Shown piece by piece: positions 59,798 through 64,000 of a DNA stretch of 64,000 nucleotides. A program made the position numbers and the translations under genes. Position 1 is the stretch's first letter. The number at the start of each line of letters is the position of its first letter. The notes under the pieces were generated by a model. The model had not been told where the DNA came from and did no database searches. It saw only the letters and a list, made by a program, of their open reading frames with translations. Origin of the DNA: a virus (lineage: Duplodnaviria > Caudoviricetes); IMG/VR virus record IMGVR_UViG_3300020048_000087, positions 17,915-81,914 of that record; one strand, 5' to 3'.

Positions 59798-62482
59798 TTA
59801 AAGACCAAATCTACTTTTTTCTGAATTAAAATTAGAAAGTACTTCAGATGCTGATAAAGCTCTGTTGTATACTCTAAATATTGACCCTAAACCACTATAC
59901 CTTTCAGCACTACCTGATGTTTGCCCAATTAATAAGGGGTTAGTGTTGTTTTGTACCAAGAATGTTTTAGATAAATTAAATCCGGCATTAACACCGTTAA
60001 TATATGTGTAATAACCTGTTGATGTCCAAACGGCAACAATATGAGACCACGTATTAACAGTGACCGTACCAGTACTTGAAAAATCATCTAATGAAGGTCC
60101 TGACTTTGCTCCCACCATATAAAGAGTACCATTTGAGTCAATTCTAACTCTAAAACCTTGATTACCGTTTTTACTAAAAAGATTACCATCATTAAGTGCT
60201 GATGGTTTAAACCAACCCTCAACGGTGACAACGTTAGTGATTCCGGATAATGTCGGTCCATTCCCACAAGATATTGCGTCGTTGTCTGCGTATACGAATT
60301 GAAATGCTCCCATATTACTATCTAAGAAAGTTGGTGGGGTAATGACTAAATTACTATAAAAAGTACCTGTATTATTACCCGTAATATCGTTCAACACCGT
60401 ACCAGAACTTGGCCAAGATAATGTTGTACCGGCATCATACCAAAGAACTAGACCTGTGGTGATTATTGGTAGTTTTGGTTCTGAACCAATTATTGTTGAA
60501 TTAATGACATATGGTGTTGATATCCAAGGGTTTTCAGGTCCACTGACAGGTTCTGAATCGTCAAGACTATTTAATGTCGTATAAATTAGTCCACCACCTG
60601 ACGCAGAACTTTCAGTCCATAAATTTGTTGTTGGGTCATACCAAACATATGAAATTATCGAGGTATAATCGGGGGAAGGAATTTCATATGAATTTTTAGA
60701 ATTAACAATTGTGTTAGATTCTGCCCATACGATGTTCTCATACGCGAGTGTGTAGATGTTCTCAAATGGGGTATTATAATTTAACTCATAATAATTATAA
60801 TTTAATTCATAAAGACTTTGAGTGTATATTCGATTTCTCCAAATAATGGGTCTAGGTCTAACATACCCCGGACAAGGAACAAAACTACATACCGTATTAT
60901 CGTAAGTATCAAAGGTTGTTGATATGCTAATATTTAAATAAACCTCAGATGTAAGGGTAAAAGGTACTGTGTATGTGTAAGGGATTTGATTACCACAACG
61001 TGACGTATAATCACCTGTATTAAACCCAACTCCCCATCTAATATTGTTAAAATAAAATTCAATAACATTACCGGCACCTTGTACAATACTAAGTATTGAC
61101 GTGTATGAGGTTCCGTGGTTTGGGTATATAGGTGTTGTTCCGGTAATCCAAGGACCCCCATTAATTCGATAAGTTAAATATGCGGTATTCGGTGTTCCTA
61201 AAATATTACAAGTCCCAAATGTTGCTTGTGTTGAAACATATACATTTAATGTACGGTTATTACAAATATTACAACTCCCGTAAGTTGTTGTTCCGTATCG
61301 TGTTATTATTGGTCCGGTAAAATATTCGGGTAATCCTGTGTGTTGTACTGTTGAATAGCAATTTCCATCAGTTCCTTTAACGATTGTACCAATTGGTAGG
61401 CCTAAAGTAGATATGTACATTTTTGGGTAACCAATTTCGGTCTGACAAAAATCGAACTCCAGTGGAGGTAATTCATTAATAATTGGTTCAGTTAGTTCAT
61501 ACCAACTTGAGGTTATACATTGTTCTAAACAATACCAAGCCCCAAATGTAAAGTTTTGGTTCACACATTCTAATCGTTGTGAAACTCCGGTAACTATTTC
61601 AGGGTCGGTTTGTATGTATGTTAGAGTGTATGGTGATGTTTTCATTATTTTATACACTTGACCGCCTTGATTCATTATGTGAATCTCATTGTTTTGAACA
61701 AAGATACCTTCAGGTAATGGTATTTGAGAGCCAATACTAATTTCACCTTCAAAAGACCCCGTTAGGTAATCATATTGAGTTAGAAAAACACTACTAGGGG
61801 TTGAAATGATTTGGTTGGTTACTAACATTTTATTTGTTGATGTTAAAGTAATATCACCAATTATTTGCCTACCTGTAGGTAATGACCCAATAACGGTTTG
61901 GGTGGCGGTTGTTGTTGTAATATTAACACGAACTATTGTATTTGGTGTTGTTGCTGCATTAACTGATAATAAATTGGTATTATCAATCGCACTTAAACCG
62001 ACATAATTAGAACCTACAGGCATAGTTATTGTCCTATTAAAGCTAGTGGTCCACGGATTTGTGGATGTTATGTTGGCTTCGGATAGTGATAAAAACCCAT
62101 AAGCTCTAAACCACAACTTATTTGATGTGTGTCCAATATCGTTAGAGTATCGACCAATTTGAGTGTTTAAAGGGTTTGATGTGTTGCTTGGGTAATCATA
62201 ACGTCTAATTTGTGAAATTTGAAATTCACCATCATCGTATATATATAATGTTAAAATATCACAAGGTAATACTTGATTTGGTGGTGATATTATTTTTTGA
62301 CACGTTTTATTATAAAATGGGTAAAATATACTATAGGTCCCATATGGGTAATTTGCGTCATATGAGTATGGTATTGTATGGGCCCCAAGATTTATAATTG
62401 TACTACCCGCCCAAGGGGTGAAAGTTATATTACCGGTTTGACCATTATAATTAACACTAGAAATTATTACTGATGATGGCAT
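59798..62482 (-). CDS. Putative fibre/receptor-binding protein with a C-terminal LamG/ConA-like lectin domain, 894 aa
   Basis: GLVLWYDAG...TVEGWFKP...WSHIVAVW...YING...IG...FRVYNRALSASEVLSNFN (LamG); Cys motifs and a propeller-like N-region. Confidence 0.75.
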   Translation of the reverse strand: MPSSVIISSVNYNGQTGNITFTPWAGSTIINLGAHTIPYSYDANYPYGTYSIFYPFYNKTCQKIISPPNQVLPCDILTLYIYDDGEFQISQIRRYDYPSNTSNPLNTQIGRYSNDIGHTSNKLWFRAYGFLSLSEANITSTNPWTTSFNRTITMPVGSNYVGLSAIDNTNLLSVNAATTPNTIVRVNITTTTATQTVIGSLPTGRQIIGDITLTSTNKMLVTNQIISTPSSVFLTQYDYLTGSFEGEISIGSQIPLPEGIFVQNNEIHIMNQGGQVYKIMKTSPYTLTYIQTDPEIVTGVSQRLECVNQNFTFGAWYCLEQCITSSWYELTEPIINELPPLEFDFCQTEIGYPKMYISTLGLPIGTIVKGTDGNCYSTVQHTGLPEYFTGPIITRYGTTTYGSCNICNNRTLNVYVSTQATFGTCNILGTPNTAYLTYRINGGPWITGTTPIYPNHGTSYTSILSIVQGAGNVIEFYFNNIRWGVGFNTGDYTSRCGNQIPYTYTVPFTLTSEVYLNISISTTFDTYDNTVCSFVPCPGYVRPRPIIWRNRIYTQSLYELNYNYYELNYNTPFENIYTLAYENIVWAESNTIVNSKNSYEIPSPDYTSIISYVWYDPTTNLWTESSASGGGLIYTTLNSLDDSEPVSGPENPWISTPYVINSTIIGSEPKLPIITTGLVLWYDAGTTLSWPSSGTVLNDITGNNTGTFYSNLVITPPTFLDSNMGAFQFVYADNDAISCGNGPTLSGITNVVTVEGWFKPSALNDGNLFSKNGNQGFRVRIDSNGTLYMVGAKSGPSLDDFSSTGTVTVNTWSHIVAVWTSTGYYTYINGVNAGFNLSKTFLVQNNTNPLLIGQTSGSAERYSGLGSIFRVYNRALSASEVLSNFNSEKSRFGL

Positions 62483-62510
62483 TTCTTTTCTTATTTTTTT
62501 TTTATTCTTT

Positions 62511-64000
62511 TTATATTGTTACACTACCGTACCCTAATAACACCCAATTTTGTCCATCTAAATTACTTCTCCAAACTTGACTTGATAATGTCGAAGGACT
62601 AGAGACACTATAAGGTCCTGCGTTACCAGAAACATTAGTTTTTGGTTTAACTTCTAACCATTGATATTTACAATCTCTATAAAAATTCGCAATCCAAGAG
62701 TAAGGTGTTGTTTGTGCACCTAACGACGCACAATTAACTAAAATTTTCACATAAAACATATTATTACCATCAGTACCTGTAATTGAATATGCGTTTTGGG
62801 TTGTACCATCTAATAGAGATGCGTTCGGTGATAAATACAAATCACCTGGATTAGAACATATTGTTGCCGGTGGGCCTAAAATTGGGGATGGTCCATAATG
62901 AGTTGACCCCTGATTTAATGTGAAGTATCCATTAGTTCCGATGTACAAGTTAGTTGATGGGATTCCAAAAGTTGAAAATGATGTCGGTAATGTGATTGGT
63001 GTTGCGGTATAACCGTCATCGGCACTACCTGCCCAAGACCCTGAATATAACGTATACCCCACCAATGATGGCCAAGTTAATAGTGTCGGTGAGTATGAGT
63101 AGATAGGACAAAGAGAAACTATTGTATCACAAATAGGCGGTGGTGTTGATGATGGTGTTAATGTTGGTGTGACACTATTTGTTGGTGTGACACTATTTGT
63201 TGGTGTGACACTATTTGTTGGGGTAATACTATTTGTTGGGGTTTTAGTTGTGGTAATAGTTGGTGTGTTGGTTGGGGTTTTAGTTATTGTTGGTGTGTTG
63301 GTTGGGGTTTTAGTTATTGTTGGTGTTACGGTTTTTGTTGGGGTTGGGGTTGGGGTTGGACAAGGGTAGGTTAAATTACAAGTTGTACAACCAGTATTTG
63401 TTCCTGTCTCTAACCAAACAACACCACCATTCCATATTCTAATGGGTAGGTTCGGAATTGTATTCACCTGTTGAATTGTATAACAAACACCTAATGTGTC
63501 AACAACAACCCAAGTTTTGAAAGGGACCACGGTTGGGGTATAGATTGTTGGTAATGACATTACTTCTGATGTTCCATCACAACATTTGGCGATTAAAAAT
63601 GAGGTATAAGGGGTTGTTGGGGTTGGTGTTTGAGTTTTTGTTGGGGTTGGTGTTTGAGTTTTTGTTGGGGTCAAAGAGTTTGTTGGGGTGATGGTCGGGG
63701 TTAAGGTTTTTGTTGGGGTATTTGTTGGGGTGTTTGTCGAGGTTTTTGTTGGGGTGATAGTTGGTGTCAAAGTATTTGTTGGGGTGATAGTTGGGGTGAT
63801 AGTTGGCGTTTGAGTTTTTGTTGGAGTGTTTGTCGAGGTTTTTGTTGGGGTGATAGTTGGCGTTTGAGTTTTTGTTGGAGTGTTTGTTGGGGTGATAGTT
63901 GGCGTTATGGTATTTGTTGGGGTATTTGTTGGGGTTATTGTTGGGGTATTTGTTGGGGTTTGAGTTTTTGTTGGGGTGTTGGTTGATGTTTTTGTTGGGG
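62511..64000 (-). CDS. Mucin-like Thr/Pro-repeat fibre protein with a Cys-rich module and a C-terminal NIDO-like domain (5' end beyond the right edge)
   Basis: Frame is open from 63998 (PTKTSTNTP...), so the track's TTG start at 63770 is internal. C-terminus ADDGY..PITLPTSF..FG..NLYIGTNGYFTL. Confidence 0.75.
   Translation of the reverse strand, partial: PTKTSTNTPTKTQTPTNTPTITPTNTPTNTITPTITPTNTPTKTQTPTITPTKTSTNTPTKTQTPTITPTITPTNTLTPTITPTKTSTNTPTNTPTKTLTPTITPTNSLTPTKTQTPTPTKTQTPTPTTPYTSFLIAKCCDGTSEVMSLPTIYTPTVVPFKTWVVVDTLGVCYTIQQVNTIPNLPIRIWNGGVVWLETGTNTGCTTCNLTYPCPTPTPTPTKTVTPTITKTPTNTPTITKTPTNTPTITTTKTPTNSITPTNSVTPTNSVTPTNSVTPTLTPSSTPPPICDTIVSLCPIYSYSPTLLTWPSLVGYTLYSGSWAGSADDGYTATPITLPTSFSTFGIPSTNLYIGTNGYFTLNQGSTHYGPSPILGPPATICSNPGDLYLSPNASLLDGTTQNAYSITGTDGNNMFYVKILVNCASLGAQTTPYSWIANFYRDCKYQWLEVKPKTNVSGNAGPYSVSSPSTLSSQVWRSNLDGQNWVLLGYGSVTI
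63130..63360 (-). repeat. Coding tandem repeats (mostly 18-24 nt units: TPTNSV, TPTNTPTITK)
   Basis: GGTGTGACACTATTTGTT occurs three times, plus variants. Confidence 0.9.
63610..64000 (-). repeat. Coding tandem repeats (TPTKTQ, TPTI, TPTN units)
   Basis: Recurrent GTTGGGGT / GAGTTTTTGTTGG units up to the window end. Confidence 0.9.

Noticed and set aside
1242-62397. Other short ORF-track entries nested in long genes (e.g. 5504-5785, 11329-11652, 19179-19478, 35554-35844, 48366-48788, 51485-51877)
   Set aside because: They fully overlap well-supported genes, show no motifs, and are expected by chance.
63169-63369. Plus-strand Val/Gly-rich hydrophobic ORF resembling a membrane protein
   Set aside because: Antisense reading of the Thr/Pro repeats.
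63130-64000. Tandem DNA repeats as a CRISPR array or VNTR
   Set aside because: Units are multiples of 3, have no unique spacers, and encode Thr/Pro repeats in an open frame.
1-64000. Stop-codon reassignment (seen in some huge phages)
   Set aside because: Multi-kb ORFs are intact under code 11, and TAG (44754) and TGA (6489, 40855) end genes at sensible positions.
1-64000. tRNA/rRNA genes, integrase, transposase, DGR reverse transcriptase
   Set aside because: Intergenic gaps are short and AT-rich; no cloverleaf or relevant protein motifs were recognised by eye.

Overview
64 kb from an AT-rich jumbo/huge tailed phage with a contractile tail (myovirus) and a standard genetic code. TAA, TAG and TGA all end genes. 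No tRNA, rRNA, CRISPR array, intein or transposase was recognised. Almost all genes are on the minus strand; the exceptions are an RHH gene and the 41.4-46.3 kb block. Contents in order: (i) baseplate genes (two large proteins, gp6-like, gp25-like); (ii) a replication/nucleotide block (nrdA, nrdB, DnaB-like helicase, 5'-3' exonuclease, RecA-like protein, an orphan GT2, gp32-like SSB); (iii) giant hub and tube-initiator proteins, a LysM/gp53-like protein, the tape measure, a tail assembly chaperone with a candidate +1 frameshift, the tube, a HAD phosphatase, the sheath and neck genes; (iv) a SNF2 helicase, a Mn/Fe-SOD fused to a nuclease-like domain, a gp13-like neck protein and a family B DNA polymerase; (v) a six-gene glycosyltransferase/methyltransferase island headed by a GT60-like GlcNAc transferase, lying between genes for Thr/Pro-repeat (mucin-like) and LamG fibre proteins. 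The top candidate for a new system is a phage-encoded mucin-type O-glycosylation and methylation pathway for its own virion fibres. All family assignments come from motif recognition by eye; no database searches were run.
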